This document shows positions 12,467 to 24,610 of a stretch of 64,000 nucleotides of DNA, one piece after another. The notes beneath the pieces were generated by a model, which was not told where the DNA came from, did not search any database, and saw only the letters and a program-made list of their open reading frames with translations. A program made the position numbers and the translations under genes. This DNA comes from Octopus vulgaris (lineage: Eukaryota). The stretch covers positions 140,306,001 to 140,370,000 of the forward strand of contig OX597815.1 of the NCBI GenBank assembly GCA_951406725.2, in the 5' to 3' direction. Every line of letters starts with the position of its first letter. The stretch's first letter is position 1.

Positions 12467-12859
12467 TAGCAGTATCGCCCGGCGTTGCTCGGGTTTGTAA
12501 GGGAAATAATTATATAAGCATTTTTAGAGATGTAAAGTATAATAGCCATCTCAATATGGCTAACCACAAAGGGGAGGGGTGTTACTGTAGCTTTTTACGT
12601 TCTGAGATTTAATAATAAATTTTAGAGAGTTACTTCCCTTATATATGTCAAAAATGGATTAAAAATGGGAAAAATTGATGGTAAATTTTTTTTTAAATCG
12701 TAGACTCATCGTAGACGCGCGCTAATACCCAGACGGTCTCGATATGAATCACGACTATAAGATACCCGGTTTTGGTAAAACTGCACCGCAAAATGTGGGA
12801 GTAGTTAGGAATCTAAATCGTAGGAGACAGACACACAACCTCACTTTTATATATAAAGA
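12466..12859 (-). mobile_element. Non-autonomous Helitron (type A)
   Basis: The minus strand starts A|TCTTTATATATAAAAG and ends with hairpin CCCGAGC-AAC-GCCGGG then GATACTG-CTAG|T: 5'-TC, 3'-CTAG, subterminal hairpin, A/T target and no TSD. Confidence 0.85.
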
Positions 12860-12959
12860 TTTCCTCTATTTACATAATATTGAGGTCTCTTTCTTTCTTT
12901 TGTTATGTTACTGTTTTTACCAATATACATATATATATATATATATATAAATATATATA

Positions 12960-13284
12960 TAGTTACAGAGATGTACTTGCATAGCAAGTGACTTGATCTG
13001 AGATCGTGTGCTGGAACGAAAACAGTTGCAGCGTTGAAGGTGTTTATAAGCCATTTAAGAAACACGCAAAAACCGTTAGATTCACTTCAACATTTAAATT
13101 TAATTTGTCAAAATATTTTCGTCGCTTTGAGACCGCGACCTGTTAGCACGATATTTTTGTCAGTGAACAGGTCGCGGTCTGAAAGCGACGAAAATATTTT
13201 GGCAAATTAAATTTAAATGTTGAAGTGAATGTAACGGTTTTTGTGTGTTTCTTAAATGGCTTACAAACACCTTCCACGCTGCAA
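12960..13284. mobile_element. Fold-back element (arms ~13026-13144 / 13166-13284) between TA-rich microsatellites; Penelope-like terminal remnant, same family as 60808-61100
   Basis: ~120-bp near-perfect inverted repeat. The sequence recurs at 60808-61100 and in diverged form at 18495-18780. Confidence 0.8.
13156..13206 (+). ncRNA. Minimal hammerhead-like motif with G3-C8 core variant
   Basis: UUUGUCA-GUGAACA-G GUCGC ggucugaaa GCGAC-GAAA-AUAU-UU^-UGGCAAA: 7-bp stem I, 5-bp stem II and palindromic AAUAUU at stem III. Confidence 0.55.
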
Positions 13285-13649
13285 TATATATATACACACA
13301 TATATATATATGTATGTATGTATGTATGTGTGTATATGTGTATGCATGTATGTGTGTGTGTGTGCGTGTCTGTGCTTGTGATTGTCCTCCGCCACTGCTT
13401 GACAACGAATGTTGGTTTGTTTACATCCCTGTCACCTAGTGGTTTGACAAAGGAAACAGATAGAATAAGTACAATGCTTACAAAAATAAAACTGGAGTTG
13501 ATTCATTAAACTACAATTCTTCAAGGCATTGCCCCAGCATGGCCACAGACCAATGGCTGGAAAAAGCAGAAGAATAAAAGAATACATTCTCTGCTTTGGT
13601 CATATGTTGAAGGCATGAGAAAGCTTGAGTTTACATGAGAAGGCCTAAC

Positions 13650-14025
13650 AGACCTGGTAGAAACAGCAGCCAAATCTCCCTCAAATCACACCTTACTGTC
13701 TTATGTATGTATATATATATATGAGCCAATGAGGGGGACCTCTACATGGTAGCTAGACCTGGTAGAAATAGCAGCCAAATTTCCCCCAAATCACACCTTA
13801 CTGTCTTATCTATGTATATATGTATGTATGAGCCTATGAGGGAGACCCCTACATGGCAGCTAGACCTGGTAGAAATAGCAGCCAAATTTCCCCCAAATCA
13901 CACCTTACTGTCTTATCTATGTATATATGTATGTATGAGCCTATGAGGGAGACCCCTACATGGCAGCTAGACATGGTAGAAATAGCAGCCAAATCTCCCT
14001 CAAATCACACCTTACTGTCTTATCT
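13650..14025 (+). repeat. Tandem array, ~107-bp unit x ~3.5
   Basis: The unit agacctggtagaaatagcagccaaatttcccccaaatcacaccttactgtcttatc...ctacatggcagct starts at ~13650, 13755, 13862 and 13969. Confidence 0.95.
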
Positions 14026-14234
14026 TTCTGCTACTTGGATATAGGTGTTATATTCGTCGTAAAAAAACTTTCCTGTCACACACTCACGCACACGCACACA
14101 CACGCACCCTCACACACACACACCCACTCACACACACGCACGTTAGCTTACAATTTTATTTATATATTTGCGTGTCTGTGTGGAAAGAAGAAGTGGGATG
14201 CCGAGTGAAAGAATCACTCACTACAGTAAGTGAA

Positions 14235-14501
14235 TTAGTTTCATTTTATTCGTTGCCCACTCTGTGTGTGCGTTTGCGTGTGGTGTAAACCAGACTAAGA
14301 AAAGCATTTGACACACACCAGAATGTGAGTTTTCTGTAAATTTTGCTTAACTGGAGTTTAAATTTTAAAAACTGGAGCTGGCATGACGCGATGCATTGTA
14401 CTCTTAAAAATGCAAGGTAAATTGTAATTGAAGAAATCCTATATTGTAGATTTGTATAACTCCCAAAGGGAGGCAGATAAAATCTGCCTTTTATAATAAG
14501 A
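14235..14501 (-). mobile_element. Helitron-like unit B (~267 bp; copies at 16112-16380 and 17665-17929)
   Basis: The minus strand begins TCTTATTATAAAAGGCAG. There are three near-identical copies; this one ends CTAA|T. Confidence 0.7.
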
Positions 14502-15138
14502 CTAGCAGTATCGCCCGGCGTTGCTCGGGTTTGTAAGGGAAATAACTATATAAGCATTTTTAGAGAGTTATAGCCAAAAAGTAGCAAAAAATGCATTAAA
14601 AATGGAAAAAATATGATGGTAAATTTTTTTTAAATCGTTGACTCATCGTAGACATTTTTAGAGAGTTACTTCCCTTATATAATAGCGAAAAAATGCATTA
14701 AAATGGAAAAAAAAACGATGGTAATTTTTTTTTTAAATCGTAGACTCATGTAGACGCTTTCATAGCCATTTCTGTTTTGGTGTCTTCAAGCCATGAAGTC
14801 GTTGTTCTAAAAGAACGCTGGTCTCCTTGACAACGCATTACGACGTTGATTTCCTTACACTCCCTTCCCCACAGGTGCGGGTGTGAGCGTGGACGCCAAC
14901 TCCGCCGCCATCGACACACGAAAAATTATGCATTAAAATGGAATAAAAAATGATGTTAAATTATTTTTAAAATCGTAGACTCATCGTAGACGCGCGCTAA
15001 TACTCAGACGGGCTCGATATGAATCACGACTATAAGCTACCCGAATTTGGTTAAACTGCACCGCAAAATGTGGGAGTAGTTAGGAATCTAAATCGAAGGG
15101 GACAGACACTCACACAACTACAGTTTTATATATATAGA
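14502..15138 (-). mobile_element. Non-autonomous Helitron type A, longer variant with extra internal segment
   Basis: Same hairpin+CTAG end and similar 5' TC end as 12466-12859. Carries an extra GC-richer segment at ~14760-14930. Confidence 0.85.
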
Positions 15139-15189
15139 TATACATAGCGCAGTAGTGGTGAGATGTGACAGCAAAGAAAAGCATACATT

Positions 15190-15750
15190 CACTCTCTGCA
15201 TGCAATTAGACTCGGAAAGTTCGTGAGGAACCCATTGACCCAATTTGCTGACTTTTCCGATAGCACACAGGTCTCAATGAATGGTTGAATGACCAAATCC
15301 AAGCTTCTCTGCTAGTTCCTCAACAGTTACGATGAGATTTTGTTCCACCAGGGTTTTCAGGATGTCCTTGTCGAGTTCTACAGATCTTTCAGGATGAGGC
15401 TCGTCTTCTAGGCTGTAGTTTATGGCTCGGAATTTCTGGAACCACCATTGACACTGCCTTACGCTTATTGTCCAATCCCCATATACTGCATTAATATTTC
15501 TTGTACTTTCCGTTGCGTTGTTGTCTTTATTGAACTCATAAAGCAAAATATGCCAAATATGCTCCTTTGTTACTTCCAACATAGCTTTGAAAAAAATAGC
15601 TGTTAAAATCGAAATGCACTCTTCAAAACTTGCACTATGAATAAGGACAAGATAAAATTACTACCTGCTTTTATAGCAAGTTAATATAAGTAGTTTATCC
15701 CATTCCCCTCTGACTTTTAGTTCAAGCTGTTGAAAAAACCGCATTATTAT
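15190..15750 (-). mobile_element. Mariner transposon 5' fragment (Mos1/Hsmar-like N-terminal HTH; ORF 15274-15582)
   Basis: HIWHILLYEFNK..NATESTRNINAVYG...QWWFQKFR...SLEDEP..R...LKTLVEQN...TVEELAEKLG..HSTI. Partial TIR aaaaaaccgcattat matches 26010-26042. Confidence 0.9.
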
Positions 15751-16111
15751 ATATATATACATACATACATACATACATATACACACACACTCTCTCTCTC
15801 TCACACACATGCACACATTTATATTCTGTTATTCTTTTATATGTTTCAGCCTTGAGGTTGTGGCCATGCTGGATCATGTGTGTGTGTGTGTGTGTGTGTG
15901 TCTATCTGTCTGTCTGTCTGTATGTATATATGTATATGTATGTGTGTGAATAATAATATTTTCAACAGATGTGTTGCAAATGTATCTGATTGTTCTCAAG
16001 CTTCAAATTTACTCTCTTCCAAGAACATTTTCACTCACTCTTATTTGTTAGCTTCCCATACATTTTACTCATGTATCTATCAGCGTTCATGGACAGTAAC
16101 AAATATTACAT

Positions 16112-16380
16112 CTAGTTTCATTTTATTCGTTGCCCACTGTGTGTGTGCGTTTGCGTGTGCTGTAAACCAGACTAAGAAAAGCATTTGACACACACACCAG
16201 AATGTGAGTTTTCTGTAAATTTTGCTTAATTGGAGTTTAAATTTTAAAAACTGGAGCTGGCATGACGCGATGCATTGTACTCTTAAAATTGCTAGGTAAA
16301 TTGTAATTGAAGAAATCCTATATTGTAGATTTGTATAACTCCCAAAGGGAGGCAGATAAAATCTGCCTTTTATAATAAGA
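16112..16380 (-). mobile_element. Helitron-like unit B, copy 2
   Basis: Near-identical to 14235-14501; ends CTAG at the same position. Confidence 0.7.
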
Positions 16381-16763
16381 CTAGCAGTATCGCCCGGCGT
16401 TGCTCGGGTTGTAAGGGAAATAACTATATAAGCATTTTTAGAGAGTTATAGCCAAAAAATGCATTAAAAATTAAAAAAAAATTAAGGTAAATATTTTTTA
16501 AATCGTTGACACATCGTAGATATTTTTAGAGAGTTACTTCCCTTATATAAAAGCGAAAAAAATGCATTAAAATGGAAAAATATGATGGTAAATTTTTTTT
16601 AAATCGTAGACTCATCGTAGACGCACGCTAATACCCAGAAGGGCTCGATATGAATCACGACTATAAGATACCCGCTTTTGGTTAAACTGCACCGCAAAAT
16701 GTGGGAGTAGTTAGGAATCGAAATCGTAGGAGACAGACACACAACTTCACTCTTATATAAAGA
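16381..16763 (-). mobile_element. Non-autonomous Helitron type A
   Basis: 5' TCTTTATATAAG; 3' hairpin + CTAG abutting unit B. Confidence 0.85.
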
Positions 16764-17926
16764 TGCTTTTTTTTTTCAGTCATAGAGTTAGATTTATGAA
16801 GGTCTTCAGTAGAAAATCCTTCGAATTCTGACTCGCTGCTTGATATAATGAAATTCGTATCCATTTTTTGTCAGAATTACAAATTTTGAAAACACAATAG
16901 GAACAAATTTCGGAAAAAAATCTCCCATAATTCACGGAATTAAAATTACACTTCGATTTTTGTACAAAACTGTAGTTGAAGTGTTTACGAAGTATAATAC
17001 GTGTTTTCACGAATGTACTAAAGAGATTTGCTCTGATATTCTCATTTAAATATGAATAGGTAAATTCGGGCGGCTTGGTAACTATATATAAATGTCGTCT
17101 GTTTATACATAAACACTGTTTCATACTGCAATTATGTATACATATATCTATATATAATATTATATAATAAAATATATACAGAGTAAAATAAAAACCAATT
17201 TACCTTTTCTGTCCTCCGTGTGTCTTTGCAAATGTGTTGGAATGATAAGTGAGTTGTGTTTTTGCGCCTTTTTTACTAATAACAAACACACACGTGTTTG
17301 TATGTAGTTGTATGTGTATGTAGTTGTATGTAGTTGTATATGTATGTGTATGCGTGTGTGTGAGGAATGACACACACACACTCTCGCAAGCACACATGTA
17401 CATCAATGCTTTCGGAGTGATATGTTAAAATATTGAGTTTTCTCGAATTTTGTCTTAATTGGGGTGAAATTGAAAGAAATATATTATGGCATGAGCGAAT
17501 GGAGTACTTTGAAAAATCTTAGGTAAATTCTAATTGAAGAAATTGTGTGAGGACTAAATGGTTATGTATTTATTTGTTTCTGTTTGCTGTGTTTTTTTAT
17601 TTTTTGAGTAGTGGTTTAATTACTTTCAGTTTAGGCTTCCTCAAATCACTCTGTCGCTATTTACTTTCATTTTATTCGTTGCCCACTGTGTGTGTGCGTT
17701 TGCGTGTGGTGTAAACCAGACTAAGAAAAGCATTTGACACACACACCAGAATGTGAGTTTTCTGTAAATTTTGCTTAATTGGAGTTTAAATTTTAAAAAC
17801 TGGAGCTGGCATGACGCGATGCATTGTACTCTTAAAATTGCTAGGTAAATTGTAATTGAAGAAATCCTATATTGTAGATTTGTATAACTCCCAAAGGGAG
17901 GCAGATAAAATCTGCCTTTTATAATA

Positions 17927-17929
<3 letters not shown>
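16764..17929 (-). mobile_element. Longer Helitron-like element starting with unit B (17665-17929), with a diverged internal B-like repeat at ~17430-17545
   Basis: A|TCTTATTATAAAAGG start next to (TA)n. The sequence continues past the point where the other B copies stop. Confidence 0.55.
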
Positions 17930-17964
<35 letters not shown>

Positions 17965-17965
17965 C

Positions 17966-18185
17966 ATAAAAGGCTTCCAAATAAGGAAGCGTAGTGCTAG
18001 AAACACAAAAAGGGATAAATTCATGAAAGGAATGAAAATTCTTCCCACTGAAGGACCTGGCCTGGCAAATATATTCGGTCTGGTATATAGCTGAGATGGT
18101 AAATGTTTTTAATTTTCATTCCTTTCATGAATTTATCCCTTTTTGTGTTTCTAACACTACGCTTCCTTATTTGGAAGCCTTTTAT
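17966..18185. repeat. Fold-back element, ~75-bp arms with ~70-bp spacer, next to (TA)n
   Basis: ataaaaggcttccaaataaggaagcgtagtg...gaatgaaaatt pairs with aattttcattc...cactacgcttccttatttggaagccttttat. Confidence 0.9.
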
Positions 18186-18499
18186 TATATTTCTATACGA
18201 AAAATATATAGTCTAACGACTAACTCGTGTTTTGTGCTAGGCCACTGGTAATACTAATTTATTTTATTACCCTATTTGATTATATATAATATATATATAC
18301 ATATTACCACAAATGATGTGTATGCGTCTGTGTGTGTATATGCGTATGTCAATATGTGTTTATTTCGAGAGGGCCACTATGCTAATAATAAACGGAAGTA
18401 CGCATTCAATTTTACTTTATTATTATTCATCAATTAACCAATTAACCAATTAACCAATCACTTATTAAATTAATCATTCGATTAATCAACCAATCAGTT

Positions 18500-18542
18500 T
18501 GTCAAAGTTCTTTCGTCGCCTTTCGCAATCTCTTCAATGACA
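18500..18542 (-). ncRNA. Diverged minimal hammerhead-like motif (U3.G8), homolog of 13156-13206
   Basis: Minus strand: UGUCA-UUGAAGA-G a UUGC gaaag GCGA C-GAAA-GAAC-UU^-UGACA. Confidence 0.45.
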
Positions 18543-19341
18543 TGTTCTCTTCCTCTTTAAGTCCGCTTCAGATCTACCTCTCTTCTAATTTTAGGCTTAA
18601 TATTCGTGTAGAGGTATTGATGTAATGTATGTCGACTAATTAATCAATTGACGAATAATAACAGATAAGTGAAATTGAACCAGTACGTGTGTTTGTTATC
18701 ACCGTAATGACCCTCCCGAGATACAACGAAATCTGTTTCAACACACGAGCTCAGATCATGTATCTTCGAAACTAAATATAAAATCGAAATATACATGTAT
18801 GTATGTATATTTGTATGTGTGTGCGCCTGTATGTTCATATATATTATCTTTGGGTATTGATTTTTTTTCCTTCTACCATTGAATAGTAGTCCCTGGAGGT
18901 GATAATAGTGTGAGATAATTAGAACAACGATTAATTCTTTATCAATCATATAAGCTGTTATGTGGCACAAACAGTAACGCAGGACGGACGTAAACGGTTG
19001 AAAGGTTCAGAGAAAGAAATCTTATAATTGCAAGATAAATAAGACAGTCAGTGGTAGATGTCCATCAACAGAGTTTATAGAGCGTATATAGAACACTTAC
19101 TGATGTAGAGTGTGTGTTTGCGTGTGTAAATATATATACATTTGTATGCACTTAGAAAATAAAGAACTCAGATGAGAATTAATACGCACTGCACTTCATT
19201 ATATATTCATTATATGTGTATAGAAACATACATAATGGATATAAATAGGTAAATATCTATACGTACAAAAATATATACGTACTCCCACAGAATCGCACAT
19301 GCACACATATCTATCTATCTGTCTATCTGTCCATATGTCTG

Positions 19342-19420
<79 letters not shown>

Positions 19421-19454
19421 GTCTGTCTGTCTGTCTGTCTCTCTGTCTCTCTGA

Positions 19455-19516
<62 letters not shown>

Positions 19517-20245
19517 GTCTGTCTATCAATCCATCCATCTATCTATCTGTCTGTCTGTCTATCTATCTATCGATCTGTCTATGTATTTGTCTGTCCATCT
19601 ATCTATCCATCTATTTATCTATCTATTGAAAGGACTACTGCGATATGTGTGTGAACCTGAGAGTAATACGTTGAATAAAATCATAATTAACTGATCCTTC
19701 TTGTACTTGCTTTTACTCAAAGCCAGAAACTTTTCGGCACCGCCTCGAATGTATGCATCTATGTAAATAAACACGCATAGCTACTGGCATACATTCATTA
19801 TAATTGAATGTATGAATTCGATGAACTTCCTACACAGTTTGCGTTTACCAGACTCAGCTCCCAAATCATTGGTAAACTCGAGGCTACTGCAGGAGACGGT
19901 TGCTCAATGTGCTGCACGGTAGCGTCGAACTCAAATCACGTGATTGCAAAGCGGACTTTTAACTGCTCACTGTCAATGCGAATCCTAACTACATGCTACA
20001 ATAACATCAAGATAAATTTAATATCTAAAGTAATCGTTCAATTCTAAATAACTCCAACTACAAAACACAGCAATCTTTTCTTCCCTTGCTAGCAATTGAT
20101 CTAAAATATGTCAGAAACAAATTGATCCCCTTCTTTCATTGACTTCAATATTTCCTATCCTAATTGAACTTTCTCTCTCTCTCTCTCTCTCTCTTACTTC
20201 TCTATACGTGCACGAAACACTTGCTCACATGTAATCATATATATG

Positions 20246-20278
<33 letters not shown>

Positions 20279-22699
20279 ACACACACACTAACTGACTTTG
20301 TATTTACATAGCTATATGTATATAATTATATGCGGTGTATGTTTCTATGTGTGATTGTGAATATTACATAGATACATCAGTATACGTTCATTGTGCAAAT
20401 TCTATTTCAGTGTCTGTATGCATGCTCCTCTCCATTCCTTTTACCTTTCTCCTTCTATCTATAATTCTCTTTTCCATATTCCATTGTTAATTCTTATCAT
20501 TGTCTTGTAATCCCAGTAGACATTCTCAAGATATCTTAGTTCTTCCAAAATTGTTGATTTGCGTATATTTTGCAACGAACTTCATGTATGACCTTGTCAG
20601 ATGTTTGGCAATAATCAATAACATAAACCAGCAGCGCCATCTGTTGTGAACATTTTGTCTAGTTTACACTAGACAAAACATTTATTACTCTCACCATCTC
20701 TATTTCTCTCTATTATTCCCTATATTCAATAGTGATTTTCTGTTGAACACTTGTATAAGAATCCATACTACGGTGTAAATGAATTAGGTTCTATAACAAA
20801 GATATACAGAAGAAGATATTTGGCAGGTAGAATCACTCTTTTAATATCAAAATATCAACTAGCTTAAATGGCTTCAAGCGATGTATTTTGTATATTTCAA
20901 TTTAATAACAATTCAAAACATTTACACACCAATATTGTCAACATTCGCTATAAGTATACCCTCTAGAGTATACTGTCTTTTCAAACTTTCTTTCTTGTAA
21001 TTGGCATATTGTGTTTTTACTTACAGGAAATGATAATTTATCTTTCAAGATTGTTTGAAATATTTTTGGTTTTGACACATTTATCTCCTTGCATTGCCGT
21101 TCAGTAAAAACATTATATTTTTGATTTTCGATTAAATTCTCTCAACCGTGATGTTTAATATCGATTCATGATATAAAATAAGACAAGATAAATGAGTAGA
21201 AGACATTCATAGATACATACATACGCATATAAATATATAAATACATACATAAGTACTTATATAAATGCATATATAGATATATGATAATTGTACCATCTTG
21301 TCAGATGTTTCATATAAGACATTTATGTATCATTGGATCATAGTGACATAAACTTCTACTGTACAAATGTTATTCACTGAATGTCCATTGTCAAATATCC
21401 AGCAGCTATCAAGAGCAAGCAGAAGGAAAACCATTTTATCAGTAAATTATATATTATAGGAGCTTTTAGAATTTTATAATGAAAGGATAATACAAGTTAG
21501 TAAGGGCTAAAGTTTGAAGTCATTCTTCTCCATGTGCTTTGACTACGTACCCAGACTCAAGGCGGGTATTTCTATGATCTCGGAACAAACACTTGCTTTT
21601 GAGAATGTTTTTGATGCATGGAGATTTGGCTACTATTCCTATAAATTAAGTGAAAATCCACTGCAAGCAATATTAGTCGGACTGGAATAGTAATCAGAAA
21701 TACAAGAATTTCCTGAACATATTATCCAAGTGGTGAGTTTATCTGGTTCTTTCTACTGATTAGATAAATGCTTTCGAACGATCTTGAATTGTTAAAACAT
21801 CGAATGTGAGAGGAAAAAGACAAACCCTGATGAAAAGCCGTGCATGAAAAGAGATAAAGTGGTGAATGCAAAAGTAGAAGGATTACCGGCAGCTATACGG
21901 TATCAACAAGATCGACATCAGTTAAACTTGATGAAAAATTGAAATCTGTAATGACTTCGCCATGAAAGTAGAGTTAATTGGATCTTCAAAGATTTATCAT
22001 ATTGGACCCGCTAAACGCAAAGGAAAACCAGAATTGAAAGTCACTCAATGAACTTTTAACAGGTTCAGTTTTACAGTTAGCTTCGAAAAGGCGTTAATTT
22101 TCTTCTTGATCATGAGAATTTATGCGAGTTCGGATAGAGTTGACCCGAAGAAACAATATTCTTCAAAGCCGGGCTGAGATATTGAATAGAAGACAACTAT
22201 ATATATATTGGCACATATGTTAGCTACAGAGGCAGTACTAATACTGAGAGGTAATATTTATTCCCACTTAAACGTGAATGTTCTGTTAGAACAGACTATA
22301 CTGCAGTAGACACCACGAGAGAAACTACCAAATTGACATTTGGTGCAAAATGCACTCATATTTATATCGCTAGCGGGGAGATAAACCCCCGCCACGCCTG
22401 CGTTTAACAATCTCCTGCATTCTTATACAAACCCAGTTTGTCTAAACTTAATTTTGTCTCTCTCTCAGCATGTCGTCGTAAGAAGAACAAGAGAATGAGT
22501 CTATATGTACGTTGTTCTTTTTCATATTAAAGACAAAAAGGAAAAAAAAAATTCTAGCACCTTTAAGGAAGGCCATCGCTAAATTTGACAAACAAAATCT
22601 CTCTCTCTCTCTCTCTCTCACGCACATATACACACACACGCAAATACTAACATACAAGCATATACACACAACACGTGCGCTTATACATACATACATACA

Positions 22700-22748
<49 letters not shown>

Positions 22749-23242
22749 GTATGTGCGTGTGTGTCTTTATATATACATATACATTTATATATATATATAT
22801 ATATGTGTATGTATGTATATATGTGTATATATATGTACATATATACATACATAAATGCATACATACATACATGTATGCATGTGTATGTGTGTGTATGCGT
22901 ACGTACATAAATATAGACTCACAGTAGTGAGTGGTAATCAGCTACTGTTGTTTCTGTATTACACAAACAAAACACTTCATCGTACACTGTTTCCACAGCC
23001 TCCAGATATTATTGGTATATTGTTACCTCTGGAAATGTTACCTGTCATATAATGTTAACGTACCCCTCACCTCCCTTTGGCATCCTAAACTAAACATTGG
23101 CGTACGATTCATTTACAAAGAAGTCTACAATTGATGCCTTCGAGCGCACGCATGAGTACGCGAAGTAATATTTATACGTACACTCAAGAACAAATGCATA
23201 CACAAATACACGTCCTCCACACACACACACACAAACAAACAC

Positions 23243-23306
<64 letters not shown>

Positions 23307-23334
23307 ATATATGTATATATATATATTTATTTGC

Positions 23335-23887
23335 TATTCTAAGCCCGAAATTTTGGGCGAAGGAGGCCAGTCCATTATATCGACCCCATTACACAACTGG
23401 TACTTAATGTATCGATCCCGAAAAGATGAAAGTCAAAGTCGACCTAACTACCCACAAGGGGCTAAACACAGAGAGAACAAAGAAGGACAGACAAACGGAT
23501 TGAGTCGATTATATCGACCCCAGTGCGTAACTGATACTTATTTAATCGACCCTGAAAGGATGAAAGGCAAAGTCGACCTCGGCGGAATTTGAACTCACAA
23601 CATAACGGCAGACGAAATACCGTTAAGCATTTCGCCCGACGTGGTAACATTTCTTATTTCTTTATTGCCCATAAGGGGCTAAATATAGAGGGGGCAAACA
23701 AGGACAGACAAAGGGATTAAGTTGATTATATCGACCCCAGTGCGTAACTGGTACATAATTTATCGACCCCGAAAGGATGAAAGTTAAAGTCGACCTCGGC
23801 GGAATTTGAACTCAGAATTTGAACGCAGACGAAATATGGCTACGCATTTTGCTCGGCGTGCTGATGTTTCTGCTAGCTCGCTGCCTT
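23335..23887 (-). mobile_element. SINE family 2, tandem concatemer (~215-bp period)
   Basis: The block tatatcgaccccagtgcgtaactg...gaaaggatgaaag.caaagtcgacctcggcggaatttgaactca recurs about 2.5-3 times. Confidence 0.9.
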
Positions 23888-24062
23888 GTATGTATATATA
23901 TTGATTCATTCATATAGCATCAAATACATGTATATCTGCATCTTCACAGCCACTTCTATAGACATATATATATATATATATATAGATATAGATACATGCA
24001 AGACTTACTTTAGAAACGCTCTTACATGCAAATATATACTTTCATATCTATCTATCTATCTG

Positions 24063-24142
<80 letters not shown>

Positions 24143-24199
24143 GCTATCTGTCCCCCGCAGAAATGTATATGCATATATGTATATACACGATATGTATGC

Positions 24200-24309
24200 G
24201 CAGGCATGGCTGTGGTGTGAGAAGCTTGCCTCACAACCATACGATTTGAACTTCCTCCCACTGTGTAGAAACTATAGCCTCTGGTTGACCTAATCCTGAA
24301 GAATCCATC

Positions 24310-24352
<43 letters not shown>

Positions 24353-24610
24353 TACACGCTTAAACACACTCACGAATATAGATTAAGTAATTTATTTAAA
24401 TGTTTGCGTATCCTTATTTTCGTGATTGTCCTCCATCTCCACATGACAATTAGTGTGGGTTTGTTTACGTCCCCGTAAGCTAGAAGTTCAGGAAAAAGAG
24501 ATCGATCATATAATTAAAAAAATAAAAGGTTAGTGGTTGATTTATTCCCCTAAATATTTCGAGCCGATGCTCCAACATGGCTGCTGTCCGATGACTGGAA
24601 CAAGTGAAAG
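24200..24610 (+). mobile_element. SINE family 1, diverged copy
   Basis: gcaggcatggctgtggtgtgagaagcttgc...gtttacgtccccgtaa...atgactggaacaagtgaaaga. Confidence 0.75.

Noticed and set aside
13650-14025. CRISPR-like array
   Set aside because: The units are fully repeated with no unique spacers; eukaryotic context and no cas genes.
21824-21865. CUGAUGA...GAAA hammerhead candidate
   Set aside because: No convincing stem I or stem II pairing.
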